A stretch of DNA of 63,967 nucleotides, filler included, from an uncultured bacterium (GTDB taxonomy: Bacteria; Auribacterota; CAZIXI01): assembly GCA_964543115.1 (NCBI GenBank). It is 10 parts of 10 records of this genome, joined end to end, with 100 filler letters (N's around TTAATTAATTAA, not from the genome) between each part and the next. Parts side by side here need not be neighbours in the genome. Positions count along the whole stretch, not along the records: positions 13,572 to 20,248 come from CAZIXI010000191.1; positions 20,349 to 26,961 come from CAZIXI010000192.1; positions 27,062 to 33,637 come from CAZIXI010000193.1; 7 more parts are not named here. One strand, given 5' to 3'. Below, one piece after another: positions 18,191 through 28,752 of this stretch. The stretch's first letter is position 1. Every line of letters begins with the position of its first letter. The notes beneath the pieces were generated by a model, which saw nothing but the letters and a program-made list of their open reading frames with translations, was not told where the DNA came from and did no database searches. The position numbers and the translations under genes were made by a program.

Positions 18191-19861
18191 TTACGTAACA
18201 ATTCGATGGGTGATGGGCATGCGTCTGTCTTTGCCGAAGGACTTGGGGGTGATCTTAATACCCGGAGGGGCCTGGCGGCGCTTGTATTCGTTACGGTCGA
18301 TTAACCGGATCATTTCCCGGGCGGTTTTTGCCGGTATTCCCGCTTTGATTATTTCTGCCAGACTCTTGTTCTGTTCTACGTAAGCATCGATGATTTTATC
18401 CAGCAGGGGGTAGGGGGGCAGGGAGTCCTGGTCTTTTTGTCCTTCCCGCAATTCCGCTGTCGGCGGCCGGGTGAAGATCTTTTTAGGCACCAATATGCCG
18501 CGGGCCTGCTTATCACGGTACCGGGCCAGTTTATAGACCAGGCCTTTAGGCACGTCTTTTAGGACATTGAAACCGCCGGCCATATCTCCGTAGAGGGTAC
18601 AGTAACCGACAGAGTTTTCACTTTTATTACCGGTAGTCAGCACCAGGTAACCGAATTTGTTGGAAAAAGCCATCAGGATGTTGCCGCGGATGCGGGCCTG
18701 GATATTCTCTTCTGTTACGTCCCAGCCTTTACCCTTAAAAAAAGGTTTTAGCACCTGCAGATATTTTTCGAAAATATCGGTTATGGGCACGGTAATCAGT
18801 TTAATGCCCAGGTTGTGCGCAAGTTTTTTCTTGTCGGTTAGTGTTTGCCGTGAAGTGAAATGAGAGGGCAGGGAGAGTGTGATAACGTTGTCCCGGCCCA
18901 GGCTGTCCGCGGCGATAAGAGCGGTTAAGGTAGAATCAATGCCGCCGCTGAGGCCAAAGATTACTTTCTGGAACTTATTCTTTAATACATAGTCGCGCAG
19001 GCCCAGGGTGAGGGCAGAGTATATTTCTGCCAGCGGGGCCAGGGGGGTGCTGATTTCTGTTTGCTTGATTTTTTTCCGCGGTGCCTGCGAAAGTTTCAAA
19101 TTAAAATGTTTTTTGGCGATATTATTTTTCTTTTTGCTTTTGGGTATGGTTAAATCAGCAATGACCAGATCTTCGGCAAACTGTTTACCCCGGGCCAATA
19201 TTTTCCCCCGGGGAGAGACAATTACGCTGGCGCCGTCGAAAACAAGTTCATCCTGGCCGCCCACCATGTTACAGTAGACAATAGTAGTCTGGAAACTGCG
19301 GGCCTTTGTTTTCAGGATCCGTTCCCGTTCCAGTTGTTTTTTCCGGTGATAAGGTGAAGCAGAGATATTGAGAATCAGGTCGAGCCCGGTGTATTTAAGT
19401 TTTTTTGACCAGATATCTTCACAGATATTTACTGTCCAGCTGAGCTCATTTTCCCTGAAAATAATGCCTTCCCTGCCCGGGATGAAGTAGCGTTTTTCGT
19501 CAAATACGCCGTAGTTGGGAAGTTCCATTTTGTGATAGGAGTGAATTAGTTTTTTCTTGTGCAGGATAGCGGCGGCGTTATATGCCTGTCCCTTAACAAG
19601 GTCAGCAAAGCCAACCACAGCGGTAATGTTTTTACAATGGAGGGCGATTTTTTTTAATTGTTCTTTGTTTTTGCGCACAAAGTAGGGTTTATGTATCAAG
19701 TCTTCAGGCGGGTAGCCGCAGACGGCCAGTTCGGGAAAGACAACCAGCTGGCTGCCGGCAGCCCGGGCCTGTTGGATGTAGCTAATGATCTTAGCGGTGT
19801 TTCCCGCCAGGTCACCGACAATAGGATTAATCTGTGCTAAGGCAATACGGATCGTTTTCAT
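18191..19861 (-). CDS. nadE: Glutamine-dependent NAD+ synthetase
   Basis: Nitrilase-fold domain (FPELAVCGYPPEDL, ICEDIW) plus synthetase domain (GLSGGIDS, ENIQARIRG, TGNKSE, PPTAEL). Confidence 0.95.
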   Translation of the reverse strand: MKTIRIALAQINPIVGDLAGNTAKIISYIQQARAAGSQLVVFPELAVCGYPPEDLIHKPYFVRKNKEQLKKIALHCKNITAVVGFADLVKGQAYNAAAILHKKKLIHSYHKMELPNYGVFDEKRYFIPGREGIIFRENELSWTVNICEDIWSKKLKYTGLDLILNISASPYHRKKQLERERILKTKARSFQTTIVYCNMVGGQDELVFDGASVIVSPRGKILARGKQFAEDLVIADLTIPKSKKKNNIAKKHFNLKLSQAPRKKIKQTEISTPLAPLAEIYSALTLGLRDYVLKNKFQKVIFGLSGGIDSTLTALIAADSLGRDNVITLSLPSHFTSRQTLTDKKKLAHNLGIKLITVPITDIFEKYLQVLKPFFKGKGWDVTEENIQARIRGNILMAFSNKFGYLVLTTGNKSENSVGYCTLYGDMAGGFNVLKDVPKGLVYKLARYRDKQARGILVPKKIFTRPPTAELREGQKDQDSLPPYPLLDKIIDAYVEQNKSLAEIIKAGIPAKTAREMIRLIDRNEYKRRQAPPGIKITPKSFGKDRRMPITHRIVT

Positions 19862-19905
19862 TCGTGTTGCTTAATATATCATACTTAGTGGTTTCTGTCA
19901 GCAGA

Positions 19906-20248
19906 TTACAATTTTCTCGCTTTCAGGCCGGATTTAATGAAGTAATAGAAGATCATGGTGCCCAGAAGGCTGAGCAATCCGGCAGTAAAGAAGACCCAAT
20001 CCAGGCCGAAGAGGTCCATGACAACTCCCGAAACCAGCGGAGCGGTCATCATGCCGGCGCTCATAGCGGTATCAAACATACCCATTGATGTACCCATGCC
20101 CACTCCCTGTCCGACTCTAACGATGATGGCGGTGGCCGCGGGGATGGAGATGGCACTGCCCAGGCCCACTAATGAGCAGACTATGAATAATTGCCAGAAG
20201 TTTTTTGTTGAGGGAATAAGCAGCAGGGCAATTACCGTTAAAAAGGAG
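19906..20248 (-). CDS. MFS transporter C-terminal part, 5' truncated
   Basis: Frame open to the contig edge; GTSMGMFDTAMSAGMMTAPLVSGVVMDLFGLDWVF. Confidence 0.8.
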
Positions 20249-20348
20249 NNNNNNNNNNNNNNNNNNNNNNNNNNNNNNNNNNNNNNNNNNNNTTAATTAA
20301 TTAANNNNNNNNNNNNNNNNNNNNNNNNNNNNNNNNNNNNNNNNNNNN
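20249..20348. other. Artificial contig linker 3
   Basis: Same 100-nt linker. Confidence 0.99.
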
Positions 20349-20529
20349 CAGAAACGGAAAAACCATCACGCTCAATAATTTCAATTGTGTTCCCAAACTC
20401 CGGCAATAAATGCATTCCTGTTACATAAAGCATTAATTCTAAATCCGGATTAGCAATAATCCTTTTTAAAACAGGGAAATATAACCCGTAATCACACCTG
20501 CCAGTAGTAACAACACCAATTTTTCTCAT
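20349..20529 (-). CDS. neuC: Hydrolysing UDP/GDP-sugar 2-epimerase (NeuC/LegG) N-terminus, truncated
   Basis: RKIGVVTTGRCDYGL...LYVTGMHLLPEFGNT. Confidence 0.85.
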
Positions 20530-21569
20530 ATCAACATATCCCGAGACAAAAGTTCACCTTTCGGGATATCAACCTTAGCCTTACGGCTAATAATTGAGGA
20601 TATCATAGAAGGTGCAAATCCTGTCCCTGGTCTCTTGATTGCTATCAAATCTTTACTCAACACTGTCCCAGCTTTAATTTCAGAGGCGGCAACTAGACTC
20701 TTACGCACCACAGCCGCAGTACTAACTTCAGACTTAGCCGGCAGCTTAACCCCATCTCCTAAAGCAGCCTCTACTTTACGTATACTCTGCACCAGATCCC
20801 TCAGCTTATCCGGTTCAAGGGAACTGCTGTGGTCAGGACCAGCTAAATTAGAATCCAGCGTAAAATGTTTCTCAATAACACATGCACCCATAGCTGCGGC
20901 AGCCACCGCAATATCAATCCCCAAAGTGTGATCAGAATACCCTACAGGCACCTTAAAAACACCTGCCATTGTCTGCATAGCACGCAAATTAACTTCTTCT
21001 GGCTGGGCTGGATAGTTACTCACACAGTGCAACAAAACAATATCTTCAGCACCGGCATTACGAATTTGGCTTATTGCTGTTTCAACCTCGGCCAAAGTTG
21101 ACATTCCCGTTGAAACAATCATTGGTTTATTCTTCCGTGCAATATGAGTCAGAAATGAAAGATTAGTGATATCGCCTGAAGAAACTTTAAAGACCCCAAC
21201 TCCCATCTCTTCTAAAAAATCAGCACTATCTTCATCAAAGGGTGTAGCCATAAAAATAATCCCTTTCTTATGGCAATAATCATATAACCTCTGGTAATCA
21301 TATCTTGAAAGTTCCAGCTTTCGTAACATGTCAAACTGCGATTCTGATCTATCTGTTGTTTCTATCTGATAAGCCGCCTTCGGCGCATCAGCCGTCACCA
21401 GACATTCAGCAGAAAAAATCTGAAATTTCACAGCGTCAGCTCCTGCACAAACCGCTGCATCAACAAGTTGTCTGGCTATAGCCAGAGTGCCGTTATGATT
21501 TATCCCTGCTTCAGCAACTATAAAAACATGTTCAGGATCAATGATTTTTTCCCATAAATTTCCTACCAT
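20526..21569 (-). CDS. neuB: Nonulosonic acid synthase (NeuB/LegI family) with SAF domain
   Basis: IVAEAGINHNG, DAVKFQ, LLHCVSNYPA, VGYSDHTLG, IEKHFTLD, RKSLVA. Confidence 0.93.
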   Translation of the reverse strand: MVGNLWEKIIDPEHVFIVAEAGINHNGTLAIARQLVDAAVCAGADAVKFQIFSAECLVTADAPKAAYQIETTDRSESQFDMLRKLELSRYDYQRLYDYCHKKGIIFMATPFDEDSADFLEEMGVGVFKVSSGDITNLSFLTHIARKNKPMIVSTGMSTLAEVETAISQIRNAGAEDIVLLHCVSNYPAQPEEVNLRAMQTMAGVFKVPVGYSDHTLGIDIAVAAAAMGACVIEKHFTLDSNLAGPDHSSSLEPDKLRDLVQSIRKVEAALGDGVKLPAKSEVSTAAVVRKSLVAASEIKAGTVLSKDLIAIKRPGTGFAPSMISSIISRKAKVDIPKGELLSRDMLI

Positions 21570-22366
21570 GCCGTCCAACCTCCATCAACCACAAGGTTAT
21601 GCCCGGTCACATAGCTGGAAACGTCGCTTGCCAAATAGGCAACCGCCCCTTTTATATCTTCTTCACTTGCCATACGTTTTAGGGGTGTACGATTCACAAA
21701 TCGTGAAAGAAAAGGTTCCTTATGATCTCGAAATACGCCGCCTATCGCAATTGCATTCACCCGTATATCTGGAGCAAGCACGGTTGCCAGCCAACGAGTA
21801 AATTGAATCAAACCACCTTTACTTGCGGCATATGCGGCAGGATTTCCTAAATCGGTACCTTCATACAAACCCATATAAGGCCCCACCATTCCATACATAG
21901 AACTAATATTAATCACTGCACCGTGCCCGGAAATACTCAATAAATTTCTGCATGCCTGTACCAATATAAATACAGATGTTAAATTAATTTCTAAAGCCTT
22001 ACGCCACGTATCGGAGTTTTGTTTCTCAAACGGCACACTCCATCCTTTCAGTTCAGATGTGCCTACCAGGGCAGCACAATTAACAAGGATATCTAAACGG
22101 CCAAACCTCTTTAGGATACGCCCCGGAACTTTACGCACCATATCTTCCCTGCCCAGGTCAGTTTCAAGAGATAATGTTTCTACCTTATATTGTTCCCGAA
22201 TACGTTGAGCTTTTTCATCGCATTGCGATTTATTAATATCAAGCAATACTACACACGCACCCAGTTCCGCCAGGGCTTCAGCCAGAGCAAAACCTATATG
22301 CCCGGCCCCACCCGTAATTAGCGCAACTCTATCTTTCAGATTTGCCAGTTCGCGCAAAGACTTCAT
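21563..22366 (-). CDS. SDR oxidoreductase (PtmA-like)
   Basis: ITGGAGHIG, NISSMYG, YAASKGG; likely start MKSLREL at 22366. Confidence 0.85.
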   Translation of the reverse strand: MKSLRELANLKDRVALITGGAGHIGFALAEALAELGACVVLLDINKSQCDEKAQRIREQYKVETLSLETDLGREDMVRKVPGRILKRFGRLDILVNCAALVGTSELKGWSVPFEKQNSDTWRKALEINLTSVFILVQACRNLLSISGHGAVINISSMYGMVGPYMGLYEGTDLGNPAAYAASKGGLIQFTRWLATVLAPDIRVNAIAIGGVFRDHKEPFLSRFVNRTPLKRMASEEDIKGAVAYLASDVSSYVTGHNLVVDGGWTAW

Positions 22367-23072
22367 TATTCTTCCCTCTTTTGGCCAGAAGAAACTCTGC
22401 CATTTCAAAATCTATCATTGAATCAATATCCAAAGCTCTTTCCTGCGGCACCACTATTGCTTTCACCTTCCCCTCCAGCAGCGACGAAGCGTTGAGTATA
22501 TATGAAGTACGCGCAGCGTAAGCCACAGTAGTCATATCATATACTGCTGGCACATTCTGACGATGAGTGAGAGCTCTTGGGGATGGCATAAGTAATTTTG
22601 CGTCGCCGTTTTCAGCAACCGTAAGCATATTAAAATATGGATTACGTTCAGCTTCTTTTACAGTAACTACAATATCGGCATCACCTTCAAGCAACGTCAA
22701 CAAACAACGCTCAACATCTTCTACGCTACGCAAGGGTGATGTCGTTGGGATAGACACCAACACATCAATCATCTGCCCGGATTGCTCCTGGATTGCCTTA
22801 AGCGCATGCTGCCAAGAAAGCAGTTCCGGAGAATCATCGGCCGCCAATGCTGCCGGACGTACAAAGGGCACCTCTGCGCCATACTTGCGGGCAAGAGCGG
22901 CAATCTCTTCATCATCAGTTGAAACAATGAGTCTATCAATTAACGAAACACCACTTCCGGCTTCAATCGCATAGGCTATAAGCGGCTTGCCTGCTAAGGC
23001 TCTAATATTTTTACCCGGAACTCCCTTGGAACCGCCACGGGCAAAAATCGCACCAAGCACATATGGTTTCAT
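22329..23072 (-). CDS. neuA: Acylneuraminate cytidylyltransferase (NeuA/LegF/PtmB)
   Basis: IFARGGSKGVPGKNIR, PTTSPLR, ALDIDS. Confidence 0.9.
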   Translation of the reverse strand: MKPYVLGAIFARGGSKGVPGKNIRALAGKPLIAYAIEAGSGVSLIDRLIVSTDDEEIAALARKYGAEVPFVRPAALAADDSPELLSWQHALKAIQEQSGQMIDVLVSIPTTSPLRSVEDVERCLLTLLEGDADIVVTVKEAERNPYFNMLTVAENGDAKLLMPSPRALTHRQNVPAVYDMTTVAYAARTSYILNASSLLEGKVKAIVVPQERALDIDSMIDFEMAEFLLAKRGKNNEVFARTGKSER

Positions 23073-24067
23073 AATGAAATTGTTTCTCCTGTTTCCGCCG
23101 ACCGTTTTGCTGCCGACACAATCTCAACAACACGCCTGCCATCTTCTATCGATATTAACGGCATTTTACTATCAGCAATACACTCAAAAAAATGCCTCAA
23201 CTCAGCTCTAAACTTTTCATTTCCATCAGTCACTGACGTTTTATACATCTCTGTCCATCCACCAGTCTCCTCAGAATACAAGCTAACACTATTATCATCA
23301 TCTGAATGCCATATCACCGTCCCTTTTGTCCCAACTACACGGCAAGAACGATTTGCGGCATGATCAACCATATCAAGATGTATATTCCCCAACGCGCCGG
23401 ATTCAAACCTTAAACAAATATCGGCTATATCTTCAACATCAACTTCCAAATTGCTTACCTTCCCTGTCAAAGCACTCACCTCTTTTACTTCGCCAGCAAA
23501 CCATCTTACGTAATCCAGCTCATGGCTTAACTCAAGTAAAACTCCGCCACCCAGATCCTTACGCGCAGAAACTGTATCCTGATATCTTTTTCCAGATCGC
23601 CAATTCAACAAATTCTGCCCGACAGATGTCCTAATCGACAACACACGCCCTATGCGTCCTTGCTCAATAATATCTTTTATAAGTTTAATCGGCGGGGAAA
23701 AGCGCAATACATATCCTATCATCGCCACAAGATTACGACTTTTACACTCCACAGCTAATTCATCCAAACCATCACTATCAACACTCAAAGGTTTTTCAAT
23801 AAACAAATGGCTATCTTGTTTTGCAAATATTAATGCCGTTTCCCGATGCATTGTAGCAGGATTTGTCACAAACGTAACATCAGGCTCCCACTTTTGCGCA
23901 TCCTCCTGGCAAAGGAATACATTGTCCACTGAAGATTCCAATTCGCCCAATTCAGTTTCTTTGGAATTTTGCCTCCAGATCGATATCCGCATATTTGCAT
24001 CTATATCTTTTATGTTTTTGATATGTCGGGATCCTATACTGCCTAACCCAACAACTAATGTTTTCAT
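23069..24067 (-). CDS. Gfo/Idh/MocA oxidoreductase (PtmF-like)
   Basis: VVGLGSIG, FIEKP, GGGVLLELSHELDY. Confidence 0.88.
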   Translation of the reverse strand: MKTLVVGLGSIGSRHIKNIKDIDANMRISIWRQNSKETELGELESSVDNVFLCQEDAQKWEPDVTFVTNPATMHRETALIFAKQDSHLFIEKPLSVDSDGLDELAVECKSRNLVAMIGYVLRFSPPIKLIKDIIEQGRIGRVLSIRTSVGQNLLNWRSGKRYQDTVSARKDLGGGVLLELSHELDYVRWFAGEVKEVSALTGKVSNLEVDVEDIADICLRFESGALGNIHLDMVDHAANRSCRVVGTKGTVIWHSDDDNSVSLYSEETGGWTEMYKTSVTDGNEKFRAELRHFFECIADSKMPLISIEDGRRVVEIVSAAKRSAETGETISL

Positions 24068-24079
24068 ACTATCACCATC

Positions 24080-25204
24080 TCACAGTTGCACAGCCACAAC
24101 CTCATCAGGAGCAGCTGAAGGGATTTGGTCGCTTTTAAACAGCTGTAATTTCTCTATTGTTTTTTTGTATTCTTCCCATTGGCCAATATCTATATAATCA
24201 CTTTCGTTTACAGGATACATAGCTACCTTCTCATTGTTTCTAATTAGATTTCTTATTAAATCAGTCATATCAAAGGGTAATTCTTCCGGCATAAACCGCA
24301 GGGAGTCCTTACTTACGACATAAACGCCTGCATTTATAGGAAAAGTATATTCTGGCTTTTCTTGAATATTTGTAACTCCTCCACCTTCCTTAAAATTTAT
24401 AACTCCATAGGGAATCTTATAGTGCTGAATAGCTGACAGGATTGTTAATGACGCATTTTGTTCTTTATGAAAATTCACTACTTCCTCAAAATTCGCTTTT
24501 ACAATAACATCGCAATTAGAGATGATAAAGGTATCGTTAATTTCATTTTCCACAAGCTTTAGGCTGCCGGCTGTTCCTAAAAAACTATCTTCTGTGATAT
24601 ATTTTATCTTATAATCTCTCTTAACATTTTCAAAATAGGCCTTTATCATTCCGCCTTTATGGTTTAATGTCAGGTAATATTCGCTGATTCCCCATTTCCT
24701 AAAACCTTCTATAATTATTTCGACAATAGGTTTGTCCCCTATCGGAATCAATGGTTTTGGAAGAATCCTGGTGAATGGATCTAATCTAAATCCTTTTCCT
24801 CCGGCCATAATAACTACAGGTATATCTAGTTTACCTGCCTGAAGCGTTTCTATTTTATCCTTAGAAAACGCCTGGTCCCATATTACTAAATCCATTACTT
24901 TATGCTCTTCATCCAGTACAGGAATTAATTCTATTCTATTGTCAAGCAACGCCTTCTTGGCAAGTTCTATTGAAAAATCGCTTTTTTTAAAATAAATAGG
25001 CTCCTTATTATAAACTTCTCTAATATCGTTTTCTAAACTTTTACCTCTCAATATATACCGCCTGATATCCCCATCCGTAATCGTGCCCAACAATTTCTTC
25101 TCTTTATCTATTACTAATAATACTTTTTCTGAGCTGATACACAATTTCTTTAAAGCGTCTTTTACAGATTCTGTTTCAGAAATCAGGATATCTTTTTTTA
25201 ACAT
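24080..25204 (-). CDS. CBS-domain sugar-1-phosphate nucleotidyltransferase (PtmE-like)
   Basis: N-terminal CBS pair (LLGTITDGDIRR), IMAGGKGFRLDPFT..PKPL, FLGTAGSL. Confidence 0.9.
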   Translation of the reverse strand: MLKKDILISETESVKDALKKLCISSEKVLLVIDKEKKLLGTITDGDIRRYILRGKSLENDIREVYNKEPIYFKKSDFSIELAKKALLDNRIELIPVLDEEHKVMDLVIWDQAFSKDKIETLQAGKLDIPVVIMAGGKGFRLDPFTRILPKPLIPIGDKPIVEIIIEGFRKWGISEYYLTLNHKGGMIKAYFENVKRDYKIKYITEDSFLGTAGSLKLVENEINDTFIISNCDVIVKANFEEVVNFHKEQNASLTILSAIQHYKIPYGVINFKEGGGVTNIQEKPEYTFPINAGVYVVSKDSLRFMPEELPFDMTDLIRNLIRNNEKVAMYPVNESDYIDIGQWEEYKKTIEKLQLFKSDQIPSAAPDEVVAVQL

Positions 25205-25222
25205 AGTTATCTCCCCTAAAAT

Positions 25223-26320
25223 TTAGATTAATTCTTTCAGGATTTTACATATACTATATGCATCAGCATTAGAATTAAGGGTAGAACCTGGCAAACAGAG
25301 GCCTCTTACATAAATATAATAAGAGTTTTCGTAATCATTTTGTTTATATCTCTTATAGGGAGGAAATTCAACAACAGGCACATAATTTCGCCTTACAGGA
25401 ACCCCTTTCTCTCTTAATTCTTTTTGCAAAGCAGATATATGGACGTCTTTTTCAAAAATGATACAAGATAACCAGCAGGAACTTTCGGCACCTTTATATT
25501 CTTCCTGAAAACGTATAAATTTTATCCCTTTTAATTCTTCCCTAAATATCCTATTAAATTCCCTCTTCTTCCTCATAAACTCAACCAATCTTTCCATTTG
25601 GGCAATACCCAGGGCAGCTTCAATATTTGTCATTCTATAATTAAATCCTACCTCCGGATGATAGTACCCCTGTGACTCATCACGTGCCTGATTCACCAAA
25701 AATTTTATATGATCCATTTTCCCGTCATCACCGCCAACAACCATACCACCGCCCCCGGTGGTAATAATCTTATTCCCGTTAAAGCTAAAACAACCTAAGT
25801 CACCAAATGTCCCTGTGTGTCTATCTTTATATTTAGCCCCTAAACTTTGTGATGCATCTTCTATGACATAAAGCTTATATTTTCTGGCAATCTTCATAAT
25901 CTCATCCATATTACAAGGATTCCCATAAAGATGAACAGGAAGTATTGCTTTTGTTCTACTGGATATCCTCTTTTCAATTTCCTTCGGAGAAATATTCCAC
26001 GTCATAAGATCAACATCTACGAAAACAGGTGTTGCTCCAACATACAAAACAGGGTTAACCGTTGCCACAAACGTTAATGCCGGGACAATAACCTCATCAC
26101 CCGTTTTAATTCCAAGTTCGTACAGTGCAATATGGAGCGCCGCAGTACCACTCTGGATAGCAACTGCTCTTTTTATGTTTATATATCTAGCAAATTCTTC
26201 TTCAAACCTTGGCACAAAAGGGCCAAAAGTAGACACAAACCCTGTGTCAATACATCTAGATAGATATTCTTTTTCTTTATTCGAGATATTAGGGGCATCT
26301 AACTCAATACATTTATCCAT
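25223..26320 (-). CDS. legC: DegT/DnrJ/EryC1/StrS aminotransferase (LegC-like)
   Basis: IEDASQSLG, SFNGNKIITTGGGG, GFNYRMTNI. Confidence 0.8.
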   Translation of the reverse strand: MDKCIELDAPNISNKEKEYLSRCIDTGFVSTFGPFVPRFEEEFARYINIKRAVAIQSGTAALHIALYELGIKTGDEVIVPALTFVATVNPVLYVGATPVFVDVDLMTWNISPKEIEKRISSRTKAILPVHLYGNPCNMDEIMKIARKYKLYVIEDASQSLGAKYKDRHTGTFGDLGCFSFNGNKIITTGGGGMVVGGDDGKMDHIKFLVNQARDESQGYYHPEVGFNYRMTNIEAALGIAQMERLVEFMRKKREFNRIFREELKGIKFIRFQEEYKGAESSCWLSCIIFEKDVHISALQKELREKGVPVRRNYVPVVEFPPYKRYKQNDYENSYYIYVRGLCLPGSTLNSNADAYSICKILKELI

Positions 26321-26961
26321 TTACTCTCCTCCAAAGTCAGGGGAAGTATTGTAATAACAGCTATTATAAGGATCTTTGACACGCTGATCCTTTAATAATT
26401 CAAGCACCTCTCTTATACCTTTTTCAACTGTAAATGTATTTCTGATATTCAAAAATCTTTGAATTTTAGAAAAATCCACCTTATAATCTCTTAAATCCGT
26501 TCCTTTTTTAACAATTTCAATTTTCAATTCTGGCACATATTTCTTGACAATCTCAGCAATATTTATTTTCTGATAATTCTCACCATTGAATCCTACATTG
26601 AAAATATTGTTTTTAACCTTCTCAAACCTTGCAAGCATTTCTATAATTACTCTGGCTACATCACGGACATGGATATATGGACGATAGGTAAAAGGCAAAA
26701 AGACATCTAAATACTTCTCCATATAGGCATTCATTGTAAAATCGTTAACTGTCAGATCAAATCTCATCCTGGGAGATACTCCATACACGGTTGACAACCT
26801 GCATATAATCCAATCCAAGTTTGTAACTTTGTCCATCAAATATCTTTCTACATCAACCTTTGTTTCAGCATATAAAGATAAAGGCTTCAACGGCGCCTTT
26901 TCATCAGCTGCATCCCCTGAAGTCCCATAGTTTGAGCAAGTCGAAAGAAATATTAAGCCTT
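26321..26961 (-). CDS. NAD-dependent epimerase/dehydratase, 5' truncated
   Basis: FLSTCSNYG, YAETK (YxxxK), RLSTVYGVSPRMRFDL. Confidence 0.85.
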
Positions 26962-27061
26962 NNNNNNNNNNNNNNNNNNNNNNNNNNNNNNNNNNNNNNN
27001 NNNNNTTAATTAATTAANNNNNNNNNNNNNNNNNNNNNNNNNNNNNNNNNNNNNNNNNNNN
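26962..27061. other. Artificial contig linker 4
   Basis: Same 100-nt linker. Confidence 0.99.
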
Positions 27062-28691
27062 GCTCCCGGTGATAAATAACTCCTAAAATCCCCATTCCTG
27101 CCACCGCATGGATCCCTCCCTTTGATCTTTCCGTATAAGCATCCAGCATGCTTAAATAAAGACCTGACAGGGAACTGCGAACATAATGATCTTTTGGCGA
27201 CAAACTTACAGCTTTTTCCGCAAGCGGGATAGCCTTATTAAACATTTTTATATCATTATAAATATAGGCCAGGTTGAGGTACCAGCCCACAGTGTCCGGG
27301 TCTAATCTAATTAAAATACTGGATTCCTTTTCCAGCTGTGCAAGCAGCTTCTGCTCCTCCGGTGTTAAATTAACGTAGGGCAGAAAAACAACTCCTCCGT
27401 TAGCAAGCTGAGCTGTTTCTCTGGGCTTTTTGGATAATTTCTCACGAAATTCTTTCATTAATCGTTCGACCTTGGGCCATTGCTCTTCCACGGTAATTTT
27501 GCCTATATCTATGCCTGCTGCTGCCAGTTCTGCTTTTTTTGTTTCAGGTTCAGAGATTTCCTCGGTCTGTTGCACCAATTGGTTTACTGCCTCTCTGGTT
27601 GCTTCACCGATGAGTGTTTTTACAAAACCTTCACTAGTGAAATCAATTCGTTTTAATTCTGTTTTCTTGATTTCAGCACTACTCCGGGCAAGCACTTCTT
27701 TTACTAATAGCGTTTTTCCGCTACGTCCGCTGATAAGATGTGCCTCCACACCCACTAAAAAATAATCTTTGTTCCGGCCAGCCTTCTCCAAGCCGAAATT
27801 AATTATCCTGCCGGTAATGATAATATCCGCGTGCAGTATTTCCCCCACCGCCATAGCTGTTTTAGCGGTAATTAATCCGGTAACCACCAGCTGATCCGCG
27901 CCTTCCAATGCCTGCAGTTCTTTTTCTCCGCCAGCAGTTACCGTTTTATTGCCCAAAATCTGTTCAAAAAGTATGCGGTTGAGTTTCTCTCGTTCAATCA
28001 CTGTAAATTGCCCGGATTTAATCAGGGCGGTTACCAGCATATCGGTAATTGCCGGGCCCACATCCGCGCTGATCGCCGGACTGGCACTGGAAAAATTGAT
28101 TGCCGCAATTGTTTTTTTCTGTGTATCCTTAGTTTTGCTTGCTGTTGTCTGCCGGGCCTGCTCGTCCACTGCCGCATTTATCTTATTTGCCAAGTGGAAA
28201 ATACCTTCCCGTACTGCCAGGTCCAGATTAGCGCCGGCAGCCTTTCCCTCTGCTGTTTCTGCTAAAATAACCTGTCCATTAACTACATCTATTAATCGGG
28301 CATCTAAAACCACCCGGCTGCTCACCTTGCCGTTTTTTTTAATAAATCCCGCTTCTGTAACACCGCCGGTAAGAATATATTCCGCTCCCAGTAGCCGGCC
28401 CAGCTTGATAGCCGCTTCCCGGGGCACGCGGCCGGAATGGGAGAATTCCTGTTCGCGCAAAATATGCTCTATTCTATCCCTTTCCACCAGAATAAAGCGG
28501 TTTCCCTCCCAAAGGGCAGTGGTCATCATGTCTAAGGCACCGGTACCCAGATCCGCATAAGTGGTCCTGTTTTCAAAATCAATTATGGCCAGATTGTTTT
28601 TCAGGTTATTATTTTTGCACCAGGCGGGCAGGGCAGGAAAGAAAACAATTAACAAGATTAATAGATTACAGATTAAAAATAGTCTTTTCAT
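27062..28691 (-). CDS. Secreted protein with two CsgG/HfaB-like domains and a TPR, 3' truncated
   Basis: Signal peptide; two copies of the pattern D(M/ML)xTAL..(G/S)xFxxxERxxxxxILxEQ; TPR-like WYLNLAYIY...KAIPLAEKAVSLSP. Confidence 0.8.
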
Positions 28692-28752
28692 AATTATTAA
28701 TTATACCATAAAAAGCATATTATGATAAAATTAAACTTAAAGGGAGGAGCAG

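Noticed and set aside
27062..28691. Curli biogenesis locus
   Set aside because: Only CsgG-like domains are present; no csgA/B/E/F, and this domain family is widespread outside curli systems.
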